NCBI GenBank assembly: GCA_000442015.1
Contig: KE561087.1
Location: 1-40,510 of the forward strand
Direction: 5' to 3'
DNA length: 40,510 nucleotides
DNA from: Rozella allomycis CSF55
Lineage: Eukaryota
Part shown: piece after piece, positions 1 to 11,908 of the stretch
Numbering within the stretch: position 1 is the first letter of the stretch
Layout of the letters: each line of letters begins with the position of its first letter
Made by a program: the position numbers and the translations under genes
Notes under the pieces: model-generated
Database searches by the model: none
Told to the model about the DNA's origin: nothing
Seen by the model: only the letters and a program-made list of their open reading frames with translations

Positions 1-1353
1 ATTCAAGGAAAGAGCAAATTTTAATGATATTGAAGATTATTTAAAATTTAGACAAGAAGGAATCAATTCAAGTATTCTCAGTTAATCAACTTTATTAAAG
101 GTGATGGATTTCAAGACTTGAGGCGAAGAATTTCAAACAATTTCTATTTCAATTCATGGAACCCTCAAGGTGAATTGATATCAAACTTGAATGAACACAA
201 ATCTCCTTTAACGTGCATTGCTGTTTCTTTGGATAGCAGAATGTTTGCAACTGCTGATGAATCTGGTGTTTTAAAGATTTGGGATTCTCTAAGACTTCAT
301 GTTAAAATTACAAATCGTTCCAGATTATCTTTTTCTTTCAGTAATAAAATATTTTGCTTTAAAATGATGCGAATATAAACGCCATGAAGTTTATCGGATT
401 CCATGTTATTGCTATTGCATTGGATGACGCTACGTTAAATATAATGAGGTTCATTGATGTTTAATTGTTTAATAGAGTTGAATGCGTTTTAAGAAATGAA
501 CACATAAAGTTTCAAAAATTGACGTTGGTAAAGAAAATACAAATTAACGATGTTATGACTATAATGGCACCTTCTAACCGTACTCTTTATATCTTCAAGA
601 ATATCTAGTATTCAAAAATTGCATCATAGTAGCATCAAAGAATAATTCAGTCTATTGTTTGGATATCGACTCTTGTTCAATTAAATATCACTTCAATGTG
701 AAATATTCCAATGGTAACTTTCTCATTAACACTTTAAAGGATACATAACTACCCTTGCTGTTCACAAAAGTGGTTTATGGCTAGTCACTTGCACATCAAA
801 AGGATTCATCGACTTTTGGGATTTAAGATTCCATCTAATCTTCAAATCCATTCAATTCAATTCAAAAATAACAAAAGTTTCAATAATAAATCACCATCAA
901 GAACCCAAAATAGCTTTTGCTGCCAACAACGAAATCCACATTTGGAATATTTCAGAACACAAAACCCAAATATTGTACAGGATAGTCGATGAATCTAGTT
1001 TTATTACAGATCTATTATCGATCGAATACGAAAACTCTGTATTATTGCTGTCATCCAGCAGCGATGGGTCCGTCAGAGTATGGAATGTAGATGACCCTGC
1101 AGCTTCAAAAGTCACTATTCCGAGCTACAGGCAAGAGTCAGATGCTGTGGTGTTTAAGAATACAGCGGCCTTTGTAAATGGAGTCTTGGTGGTGACTCAT
1201 GAACAGGATTTAAATGTTAAAGCGAATTCGCAGAAGTATATGAATGTCACCAGATCGCATTTCGATCATATTGTTCAATTGGAAACTTTAAGATACCCGT
1301 GTCCTTTGTTGATCACTGCAAGCAGGGATTGCCAGGTGAAAGCATGGAAATAA
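1..1353 (+). CDS. VPS15: Vps15/PIK3R4 (PI3-kinase regulatory subunit), C-terminal WD40 part; 5' truncated by the window edge; 5 short introns
   Basis: WNPQGELISNLNEHKSPLTCIAVS..FATADESGVLKIWD, DFWDLRF and terminal HFDHIVQL..LITASRDCQVKAWK match the Vps15 WD40 pattern. Introns at 72-100, 341-366 (GT-TG), ~449-475, ~580-608 and ~714-739 restore the frame. Confidence 0.85.
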
Positions 1354-1931
1354 ATCAAAAGTCAAAGCGCAATTTAACAATCTATTTAAATAAATTCTAA
1401 AACATTTTGTTATAAGATTATCTCACTAACCATAAAAAATATGAGCTGGCTTTATTGTCTTTTTATGAATATGAGTTTCTGCATAACGCACAAGAAATAA
1501 ATGATCCTCATGGAACACCTCATTGCACTCAGACCAGGTACATGTAACCTCATCATCATCTGATTCTAATGACTCTGCACTATCCAGTTCTCTTCCAACT
1601 CTTTCCAATGTTCTCCTGCGTAATTTGAACCCAGGTATAACATCTCCAGCATCCAAATCTCTTCAATTCTCTCACAGATCCTTTTCAAAACCACCATCGT
1701 CTGTTCGGCGAAAAAACAAATACCACTTGATTCACAGGATCAATTAACCACATCAATTCACAATTACCCTGACCGAAATATTTTTCAGTTACTAGTGTTT
1801 AGAGTTTACCGATCCGCTGACACCATTGAAGATTTCCAAAATTTATATCCAATCGCAAACTAAAATTTATAAATGTCATATAGCTATATCTATTGAAATG
1901 TGCTTCGGAATCTCATCATGAAATCCATTCT
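904..1931 (+). repeat. Copy 1 of a ~1 kb direct tandem duplication
   Basis: Starts cccaaaatagcttttgctg and ends ...catcatgaaatccattct. Near-identical to 1936-2888 except for indels in the middle part. Confidence 0.95.
1426..1700 (-). pseudogene. Degraded C2H2 zinc-finger-like fragment (copy 1)
   Basis: CTWSECNEVFHEDHLFL.. motif. Has a premature stop (tgg>tga) and indels relative to copy 2; no ATG start. Confidence 0.4.
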
Positions 1932-1935
1932 ATNG

Positions 1936-2385
1936 CCCAAAATAGCTTTTGCTGTCAACAACGAAATTCACATTTGGAATATTTCAGAACACAGGACCGA
2001 AATTTTGTACAGAATAGTTGATGAATCGAGTTTTATTACAGATTTATTATCAATAGAATACGAAAACTCTGTATTATTACTGTCATCCAGCAGCGATGGG
2101 TCTGTCAGGGTATGGAATGTGGATGACCCTGCAGCTTCAAAAGTCACTATTCCGAGCTACAGGCAAGAGTCAGATGCTGTGGTATTTAAAAATACAGCGG
2201 CCTTAGAAAATGGAGTCTTGGTGGTGACTCATGAACAGGATTTAAATGTTAAAGCGAATTCGCAGAAGTATATGAATGTCACTAGATCGCATTTCGATCA
2301 TATTGTTCAATTGGAAACTTTAAGATACCCGTGTCCTTTGTTGATCACTGCAAGCAGGGATTGCCAGGTGAAAGCATGGAAATAA
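1936..2385 (+). pseudogene. Duplicate (or allelic copy) of the Vps15 last-exon 3' part, lacking upstream exons
   Basis: Near-identical to 904-1353 with a few amino-acid changes (A>V, K>R, Q>E, FV>LE). Confidence 0.7.
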
Positions 2386-2481
2386 ATCAAAAGTCAAAGC
2401 GCAATTTAACAATCTATTTAAATAAATTCTAAAACATTTTGTTATAAGATTATCTCTAACCATAAAAAATATGAGCTGGCT

Positions 2482-2739
2482 TTATTGTCTTTTATGAATA
2501 TGATCTTTTACATAATGTGCAAGAAATAAATGATCCTCATGGAACACTTCATTGCACTCAGACCAGGTACATGGAAACTCATCATCGTCTGATTCTAATG
2601 ACACCATCCAGTTCACTTCCAACTCTTTTTTGAACCCAGGTATAACATCTCCAGCATCCAAATCTCTCCAATTCTCACACAGATCTTTTTCAAAACCACC
2701 ATCTAATGATTTCAGTACTTTATGCCAAAGTGGCTTCAC
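2482..2739 (-). pseudogene. C2H2 zinc-finger-like fragment (copy 2)
   Basis: C-x-W-x2-C-x3-F...H-x4-H pattern (CTWSECNEVFHEDHLFLAHYVKDH), Gli/Zic/Zap1-like spacing; no upstream in-frame ATG. Confidence 0.45.
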
Positions 2740-2874
2740 TTTTAGTTATTAAAGGTTATAGTTTCCCGGTTCGCCGGCACCCTTGAAGATTTCCAAAATT
2801 TAAGTCCCATCGCAAACTAAAATTCATGACTGTCATATAACTATATCTATTGATATGTGCTTCGGAATCTCATC

Positions 2875-3507
2875 ATGAAATCCATTCTCTTTCTCACTAT
2901 CGCAATTCAATGCATTTTTGCCGCTCCCTCAGTTCTGGACATTGATGGCAAATGCAAATGCAAGCCTAAAAGAACTAAAACATTGACTGAATCGAAGTTT
3001 GAAACCATTACGAAAGTATCAACGTTAACTGTTACCGAAACACCATCGCCAATTACTGAAACAAGAACAGAAATGGTCACTTCCACTGTTCAAGAAACCT
3101 TAATTCCAGTTACTGAAACTGTGAAACTTACATGTTCTCCAGTTACAACCACTGAGGTCACAGTTGAAACACCTCCGGTCGTTACGAAAACTGGATTTTG
3201 TGAAACTGTAACCAAGACAGAGTCCCTCCCTACAGTCACTGCGATACCCAAATGTAAAAGAAGAAAGGTTTGTGACGGATATAGTAGTCAATGTGTTAAT
3301 GAGTATGATGATGTAGCTCGCGATGGCGACAGAAGAGGTAAAAGTCACGACAAGGATAATAAACTAGATGGTCACGGAAAAGATCATGAAAGAGATCATA
3401 GAAGAGACCGTAACAGAGACCATAGAAGAGACCGCGATAGAGACCACGGAAAGGATCACGACAGAGATCATGGAAGAAATCGCGACAGGGATCATGGGAG
3501 AAAGTAA
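2875..3507 (+). CDS. Secreted Thr/Val-rich, Cys-flanked protein with an Asp/Arg/His repeat tail
   Basis: Signal peptide MKSILFLTIAIQCIFA, Thr-rich core, C-terminal repeats; intronless ORF from ATG 2875. Confidence 0.75.
   Translation: MKSILFLTIAIQCIFAAPSVLDIDGKCKCKPKRTKTLTESKFETITKVSTLTVTETPSPITETRTEMVTSTVQETLIPVTETVKLTCSPVTTTEVTVETPPVVTKTGFCETVTKTESLPTVTAIPKCKRRKVCDGYSSQCVNEYDDVARDGDRRGKSHDKDNKLDGHGKDHERDHRRDRNRDHRRDRDRDHGKDHDRDHGRNRDRDHGRK
3367..3504 (+). repeat. Degenerate 12/24-nt coding tandem repeat (RDH[GR][RK]D[RH][ND])
   Basis: agagatcatagaagagaccgtaac agagaccatagaagagaccgcgat agagaccacggaaaggatcacgac ... Confidence 0.85.
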
Positions 3508-4117
3508 ATATTAAAAAATAAGCAAATAAATCGCATTAACAATTTTATAATTGTTCATCAACTTTGATAATTAAAGATGACTTCATATCACCCTATATCT
3601 TCACATCAGTCGATTCTGCCTGATTTTATATTGAATCTGCTCATTTCTTTGTGTTCTATGAATTGAATTGTGAATAGTTTCAGAATGTATGTTTTTTATT
3701 GGGCATAACTTATCTTCTAGTATATTATAAGTATAGTCAATGAATGTATTATGTGAATGTGATGATAGATTTTTGTCGTAAATGCTGGTGACGTGAGAGA
3801 GTTATTGGAAGCCAAATAGACAATTGCCAATTTTATATCTTTTCCAGCCAAATGTAAACCCAAGTATGACATCTTATAGCGCACGGCTCTATTATTCTCA
3901 CGTAGATACTTTTATATACCACCATGGAGTGTTCATCGAAAGCAAAATGTTCTTGGTCGATGTCAATATACTCTATTTTACTATGAAAACTGAAAAGATC
4001 TATAATTTTAGTAAAAATCTTACTGTGATATTTTTGCTCACACTGTAACAGAAATGTCTCTAGTTGGTTTTTCCTACAAATTATTAATAGTGTCAGCCAT
4101 AGTAACAAAATTCTTTG

Positions 4118-7100
4118 ATGTTTTCCTCGACCAAAAAATTTTTCAAGACGATCTTACAGAAAAAGAAAAAAGTATGATAAATCAATCTATTTAATACAGG
4201 TTGTTTCAAGCCAAAAGGATAAACCACCCGAGATTACCATTGACACACCAAGAAGGTATTCCACTAAAGGAGCGGACGAAATATATGCAATGTATCTGCT
4301 AGTGCTTCATGAAATCACTAAAGATGGTGATGAGGAACAGGTTTCATTGACGAAAATAAAATCACTGCCTACAATAACGGTTGCGTTTGGGGAGGACAAG
4401 GTCACAGAGATATTTAATGATTTCGGGAAAAAAGGTGGATTAAAGCTGAGGTTTATTTTTTGTAAATTGTTGTCCTGGACTTCTGGGTCAATTGATGATA
4501 AATTCTTGTCCTGTGCCAAAGTTTATTTGAAGGATAAATCTAGTGTGTCTGGGATTAAATTGCAGGAATTGTTTAATGATATCAGTTTAAAAGCGGAAAA
4601 AAGTAAGGGCAAATCCATAAAGAACATTGTATCGGAATGGCATTTGGATGTAAAACAGCCGTCTACATTGTCTTCGTTTAAATCACTTTCTTCTGTTAAT
4701 AAGATTCCAAAAAGCAGTTCATTCTACGACAGTTATAATATTTTTCTCAAAGGAAGAGTAAGGTCTAGCTCAATGGAAAGAGACTCAACGAAGCAGACAA
4801 GCAAAAAATCTACTCAGTGTAGTATTTGTATGATTTGTCACGATTTTGACAGCGATATTGATGATTTTGTGCACGAAATATTTTTGGAAAATCAAAATAG
4901 GGTTGTAAATGGTGAGTTGCCAGTGTCTTGTGTTATTTCTTGGATTCATCAAAATCCCTCAAAGGCGAAATTCTTGTGGAATTTGCAAGAGAATGCAAAT
5001 GATTTCTCTTTGATACTTGAAGAAAAGAAGGCCGTTAAATTGTGCTTGAAAAATGCGCGGTACCGTGTTGGAGATCCTTGTTATATTTTGTCAAGTAGAT
5101 GGTGGCAATGTTGGTGTGAATATGTTCAATTCTATGAGACATCTGACGATATTTTAAATAAAGAGACTATTTTTCCCGGACCGATTGATAATATGGAAAT
5201 AATTGATTATGAATATAGCATTGAACCAATTGAATTTTATGCGTTGAAGAAAGAGTTACAAGAAGGATTGGATTTTATTTTGATTCCAGAAAATGTTTGG
5301 GAGCTGTTTTTTCTGTGGTATGGAGGAGGGCCGGTCATGGCGAGACAGATATTCAGTATTGAAAAGACCGAGGCTTTTATGGATGCACCGTTTAAAATCA
5401 AGAGAAATAAAATATTTAACGTGGAAGTTGAGCTTTTTCCTTTATTAATAAATATTAAACAAGCTGATGGTGAAACTAGTGAATGCATTGTAAGTTCTAT
5501 TAGTACTTTGCAAGATTTGATTAATATATCATGCAAATACTTGAATCTTGATGTATCTAAGCGATATTTACTTAGTATAAGCAAGGACGGAAATACATTT
5601 TTTGATTTTTCTATTGACCATGAAAACCCCAGAACTTTGGGTGAAATCGGATTAGAGAGCGGAAATATAGTAATGCTAACACAACAAGATGAAATCGCTG
5701 ATTTAGAAAAGAGCCAGCCTAAGGTTTCATTAACGGATGATAAAGAAAACATATATCATGGAATAGTCGGTCTTGAAAATTTGGGGAACACTTGCTATTT
5801 GAATGCTTCTCTGCAAAGCTTGATTAATTTATCATCATTTTCAAATTTGTTTATAAAGAATTTGTATGCATCGAGTATGAATGTGAATAAAGGCAGAAAG
5901 TTTAAAATACTTGACGAATTTGGCTTACTAATTAAAAAAGTTTTTCATTCAGTGGATGGATCCTGCTTAGCCCCACAAGAGTTTCGCAATGCTGTTTCTA
6001 AAATTTCTATTGAATTCGCTGGATACGCTCAACACGACGCACAAGAATTTTTGGGCGCATTGCTGGATGCCCTTCATGAAGATTTAAATAAGAATGTCGC
6101 CAAATCTTTTGTTAAAAATCCTGATTGGAAAGGTGAAAATGAAAACATGTTTGCTTCTATTTTATGGAAAAATCATCTGCAAAGAAATAATTCAATTCTT
6201 GTCCCAATTTTTCAAGGTCAATTAAAATCATTTACGGAATGCAATAGTTGCAAAAAGAAATCATTAAATTTCGATCCATTCTTATTCTTGTCAGTTCCAA
6301 TTCCGAGCATTCTCAGCAGATCTTTTCTTATAACCATAATTAATTTGGAATCTATTGTTTACCAAATTAAACTCACTGTAAATACCCAAGGAACTGCTGC
6401 TGATATTATTGCTGCTTGGAAAAAGATGTCTATTGAAGATCGTAAAAAGGAATATTTGTTGGCCGAAATAAATAATGGATATGTTTCAAATGTTATTAAA
6501 AGAAATAGATTGATAGATAACATCAGACAAAGCGATAATCTCGTTCTTTACGAATACAAAATTGGAATTACCAGAGTTGATTCAGAATTCCAGTTTGAAA
6601 CAAATCCATCATCAACATTGAAGAACAAATACGGATCAAGTGCTAGAATTCACTTTATAAATCGTAAATATAAAACTGAATTATTCAAATCCAAAGGAAA
6701 GTTTCTTCCCTTCGGCCTTCCCATTATTCATTTCTTTACTCTATTGGATGATAATACGATTCCTGTTAAAACTATATACGACACAATTCTTTATCGTCTT
6801 TCCAAATTATTAAATGTTTTCATTCCATTTAATGTTAAGGAAACATCACAAACAATTATTCCATGTAATTCAGATCCGTTTCAAGATGGTGAAATTCCCT
6901 TTGTTCTTCGATTTATTAACATAAAAGGAAGCCAATGCCGCTCATGTCAAGATGTCAATTGCACCGGCTGCATTCTTGGTTACAATAACGACACATTTCC
7001 CTTGTGTTGGGATGATTCTTTTTCAATTGATTGGAAAAACAATAAGTTGGCAGAGTTAGTTAAATTTGATAATCTAAAGAAACCAAATATAAATCTAAAT

Positions 7101-7619
7101 GTAAATCTCTCTGAAGACGAAGTATTTCTTGAAGACTGTCTATTGAAATTCCAGTATCCAGAAAAGCTTTTAGCAGATGAATATTTCTGCTCCAACTGCA
7201 ACACATATTCGGAGGCAACCAAAAAGATTTCTATCCATAGAGCGCCACTTGTTCTTATCGTCCACTTGAATAGATTCAAACAAAACATGTTCAATGTCAG
7301 TAAAAATTCTAAATTGGTTCGCTATCCATTTGAGCTCGTTTTAGAAAATGTTATTGTCGGTGATTCTTTTGATCATCCGCAAAATGTCAAATACGAGCTA
7401 CAAAGTGTTATTTGCCATGTTGGCGATGTTTCCAGTGGTCATTACATTTGCGTCGCTAAAAATACATACAGGAATAATTGGTATCTCTTTGATGACAACT
7501 ATTGCGGCCAAGTCGAAGATGTTCAACAAATTGTTTGTGAAGAAGGTTACATTTTGCTTTACCAGATGGTTGACTGCAATCGGCATCTAGATAAATTAGT
7601 AAAGGAATACTTTAAATAA
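4118..7619 (+). CDS. Ubiquitin carboxyl-terminal hydrolase with DUSP + UBL + USP catalytic domains (USP4/15/32-like)
   Basis: DUSP (YILSSRWWQCWCEYV..PGPIDN..WYGGGP), Cys box GLENLGNTCYLNASLQSL, QHDAQEFL, His box VICHVGDVSSGHY..WYLFDD. Proposed exon 1 is 4118-4171, then intron 4172-4199. Confidence 0.9.
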
Positions 7620-7877
7620 AAAAACAAAAATTTTATGATTTACTTGCGATATTTTTTATTTGGTAACGTGGATCATTTGAATCGATGAAATACAATTATT
7701 ATTTGCGCACCGGGTGATTCAACCGAAGTAGTTTACAATTGCCCTGGCGGAATTATGCTTACTGCTTACAAGTACATGATAGAAGCATTATAAATTCGTC
7801 AGTTTTAATTTTTTGAATCCGAAATAGAAGTTCACGACGTGGCAACTTATTTATACCTTGCTGCGCCATTAATTAGC

Positions 7878-8848
7878 ATGTCTAAACTGTCATTATTGCT
7901 GTCTATCTTGCTAGCCATGACAGTGAAAACAGATGAAATCTCTAGCTGGGTCCCAAAAATTCTCACATGGAATATTTATGCCTTTCCTCAACTTCCCTTC
8001 CCTGAATGGTTTCTAAGAACGTTGCCACTGTCTAATTTAACAAAGTCATACAGCTTTAAGGAGCGTACTGAAGCGATTGGAAACCATGAGCTTCTACAAG
8101 GTGCTGATATCATAGTGTTTTCAGAAATGTTTAATGATGGAGTCTACGAGTTGATAAAGGGCAAATTGAAGGATACTCACCCGCATTCTTCGCCAATTCT
8201 AATGTCTAAAAGACGAAATAGAGCGTTGAAGTTTACCATAACAAATGGTGGTTCAGTTATTTTTAGCAAGTGTAGGATCCTGACTATACAACAATTTGCT
8301 TTTAAGAAGGCTTGCGGGAGTGACAAATATGCATCAAAGGGCTTTTTTATTGCTGAAATCGACGCCCCTCAACGTACCTTGATAGTCTCAACACATTTGC
8401 AGGCAACCGATGATGGTTGCAATCCGGGACAAAGTGCACAGATAAGAAAGGAACAGCTCACCTATATTTACCAGGTTTTATCATTGCGCGCTTCTAGTGA
8501 TGACATTAAATTAGCGTTCTTGGTTGGTGATTTGAATGTCAATTATGGATCAGCGGAATACATAGACTCTGTAGAAAGATTTGATACAGGTAAGATATTT
8601 TTGTTTTTATAAAAGGCAATTATACAGTAAAAACAAACATTAAAAGTTTTGACACAAAGCACAACGGGATAGCGTTGAGGAGAGTTCCTGAAAGTCCTGT
8701 AGAACATTTGGATTATATTATACCTTTTAAAGGAGTTAATAATTACGTAAACGAAGCTTTAAATGTTACCTACAATGGCTCAAATGGTAAAGTCAAAGAC
8801 TATAGTGATCACTATCCTTTGCTTGGTTATTTACCAGAGAATATTTAA
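7878..8848 (+). CDS. Secreted sphingomyelinase C, bacterial beta-toxin/SMase type (EEP/DNase I-like fold)
   Basis: Signal peptide; motifs LTWNIY, VFSEMF, NGGSVIFSK, FKKACGSDKYASKGF, STHLQA, GDLNV. A 26-nt intron (8590-8615) adds EHLDYII and DYSDHYP; stop at 8846-8848. Confidence 0.85.
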
Positions 8849-8895
8849 GTCTACAAAATAAAATATTTAAAATCTTAGTTTTTATTTCTTTTTCT

Positions 8896-11610
8896 TTATT
8901 TCTTTTTCTTATCATCTTTCTTCTTTACTTCCTCAGGCTGTTCTAACCCGAGGTATGCTTGGCGTTTTTTAAATTGAGGTAATTTCTCCATCCAATCCTA
9001 ATTTGAAGCCTTAATAAATCCATACCTTGAAAGGTTTTTCCAATTCGTTTTCTTCAAAAATCTTTCTCCTTATATAACCAATGAAATCTTCCGTTGACAA
9101 AGGCCTCATTTTTGTCAGCTACAAATGAAGTACAATATTTTACCATTCGAATTCTTCTATTAGTTAAAATAGAATTTAACATGTCCGTTATCTATTTACA
9201 AATAATTGAATTTCCAAACCTCGTCTAATGAATAGTTTTCCGTCATCTTGGCAATAACACTCAAATTCAACGTTTTTGGAACAGGAGCTATACCTTTTTG
9301 ATAAACCATTTGGCTTATAACACTAAACCTCGTTCCATAATCAGGTTTTGGTATATAGATGACTTTTTCAAAACTTGACGCCAAGCCTTTATCGGCATCC
9401 CAAGGTTTGTTGGTGGTCCCTATTACGATTATTCTATCCTCTGATTTCAGCGTTTTCAAAGCTTTTGCCAAATCTTTTTTAATTCTTTTAGGATCTGATG
9501 CATCATCCTTTGGCACTTTCTTTGCGAAAACCATTTCAGCATTATCAATATATACAATAGCGGGCTTTAACTCTCTGGCTACTTTGAATACCATATGAAT
9601 CATTTTAACAACATTGGCTTTTCCTTGAAAAGGTGAATCCGCAGTATTTCTTGGTGTCAAATTGAAAACCGCGGCACCGAGCTCGTTAGCCAAAGCATTT
9701 ACCATCATTGTTTTACCAGTACCTGTCTTGTTCGCATTTTATTCTTACCTTTGGCTCCGACTAATAAAAGTGATTTCACAAAAGGAAAATCAGTTCGTGG
9801 AAATTGGAATCCTAATGGTAGTATGACATATTCAGTTAATAGTCTACGAATATCTTGAAGGGAATGCTCAACCACTAGCTTCGACGTGGCTTCATATTTG
9901 ACAGGCGCCATAAAGTTATGCTCGCAAAGATATTCTGACAATTTGATTTTCTGATAACGTTGAAGAATTCCTGATGTTGCCAATTCTTCTATAAGACTTT
10001 CCATGGTCCTGTTTGCGGTAAGATCTTTTTCTTTCTTTCCCTTCTTGCCTTTTGGTTTCTTTTCTTTCTTCCCCTTTTTCTTTTTTCCTTTGTCTTTTTC
10101 CAGAGTCATCTTTAAATTTGCTAATTCATCTTCAAGAAGTTTAAATATTTGATCTTTAATCTATTATCACTATTTAATCAAGAAGTTACTTCCGCCTCTA
10201 CTTCAAGGCGTTTATCCGCCTTTATAATATCAGGGTCATGCTTCTGTTGGAAATTTTCCTTATCAGAAGGATTATTATACCATTTATTCAAGTATTCCGT
10301 ATTGCTATCATCAATCATTATGATAAGATTACTATTTTTTGATATCGGCGACAAATTCAGATGGCTTCATGCTGAACTCATCTTCTTTCTCCTCTTGTTT
10401 ATCCTTTTTCTTTTCTGGCTTTGCAGAACTTTTTTTCGATGAGGCGCTTTGCGGCTTTACATTGCCAGAAACTGGGGTGTCGACTACCTTTTGAACACCA
10501 AACTTGAATGTTGGATCTCGCCATTCTTCCTCGGAGGGAAATTCAGGAAACTTCCCAGTCTCTTTCTTAACATTCATGTACCATTGACGGAAAGTATCTT
10601 GAATCGACTCACGAATATCTGGCCCCTCATTTTTTAGAAACCTTTTACGGCAGGATTGAGTATTTACTTTTCCTTAATATTCACCAAAGCTTGCTGATAT
10701 TCTTCTTCATATTGTTGTCTTATAAGACGTCTTTTCGCTGCATTGGATTCTGATATTTGGATAGGATCATTCTTAGGATCTTTCGCGGGCATCGTCATTC
10801 CTAAAAACAGCTGCTCCTCATAGGCCTCTTGTTTAGCGGCTTTTCTTGCGAGATATCCTCTCCAACTGATAATAATGCTGGATTTATCTTACACTCTTTG
10901 AATTGTTAATGCAGCTTCAGAAACGTCGATTTCATTGTCTACACTATCCAATAACCTTTCCCGCTCAGCCTGCATTCTAAAGTTAGAACTTTGAACGATA
11001 TGTACCTTATTTCATGAATAAATTTTGCACGCAGACTTCCTTGCCTGCCTCTTTCATTTGTCTGAATGCGCAATATGGCATCAGACAAGGTCATTGTTGT
11101 TTCTTGCTTTATTTTTTCCTGATCTAAAATCCTTGACCCATAGTTAGCCAAAAGTCTTTCACGTTCAGCACAAATAGCTTTCCTCTCTTCCATGATGAAT
11201 TTGGGAATATGGATATCAATGTCCTTGGGATTCAATTTTAGATCGAGTAGGAGATCATCGAGACATCCAAAATCTGAAAACTCCGTGTTTGCTATTTCCA
11301 GCTACAATAATAAATGTAATTTTACATGTTTGATTTCGAGCAATCGGCCCGCTACTGAAACTAGCAGGTCGCCCAGAAGGCGCCGTTTTTGAGGCTGCAC
11401 TAATTGGTCGTAGGACTCTTCAAGCTTGTTGAAGAAAAGAATGTATTTGATATATGAGGGCAATAATTGCTGTATTTTGGCATCCTTATCTGCAATGCGT
11501 TCTAGAGATGCCTCTTTTTCTAATTGCTCCATTATTTCCATGTTGGTGTGCTTCCATTGTTGGTCAAAGGTTCTAATCTCAAGATTAAATAAATTTTACA
11601 ATGACGACAT
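8896..11610 (-). CDS. IQCA1: IQ and AAA domain-containing protein / dynein regulatory complex subunit 11
   Basis: YDQLVQPQKRRLL N-terminal motif, IQ motif IQRVWRGYLARK, Walker A GAKGTGKT after splicing, AAA domain; 11 GT-AG introns of 24-29 nt. Confidence 0.88.
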
Positions 11611-11908
11611 GATGAGAGTATTGTGTTACTAGGGAGCTTCTGCATCAAATTGTTCTATGTTGTACTCATAAAATATAATTGTTGAATAGTTCAATGAATT
11701 AACTTTTTGCGCCGAGTATTTATTTGATCGCATGCTTCGTATTCAGAGAATCAGAATGGCATGGCCCCAGATAACATTAACAAAAATCTTAATAGCAATA
11801 AATACTAAAAAGTCATTCAAATTTCAAGGTGTCAACACATTATTTTCTGCTTTGAGCCACGAACATGCCTCTACAAGATTTGATTTCACCCTTGTCAAAA
11901 GTTCGCAA

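Larger units (their letters stand above)
1936..2888 (+). repeat. Copy 2 of the ~1 kb duplication, starting just after the N at 1934
   Basis: Same start and end sequences as 904-1931. Confidence 0.95.

Noticed and set aside
1900-2385. 161-aa ORF fusing the secreted-protein start to the Vps15 C-terminus
   Set aside because: The fusion point is the N at 1934, so it is most likely an assembly chimera.
3560-4108. Overlapping short ORFs upstream of the USP gene
   Set aside because: No ATG start, homology or consistent splice model; possibly a degraded relic.
11732-11908. 59-codon N-terminal extension of RPC2 in the ORF track
   Set aside because: No similarity to RPC2. It lies in the divergent promoter region, and ATG 11909 fits the expected protein start.
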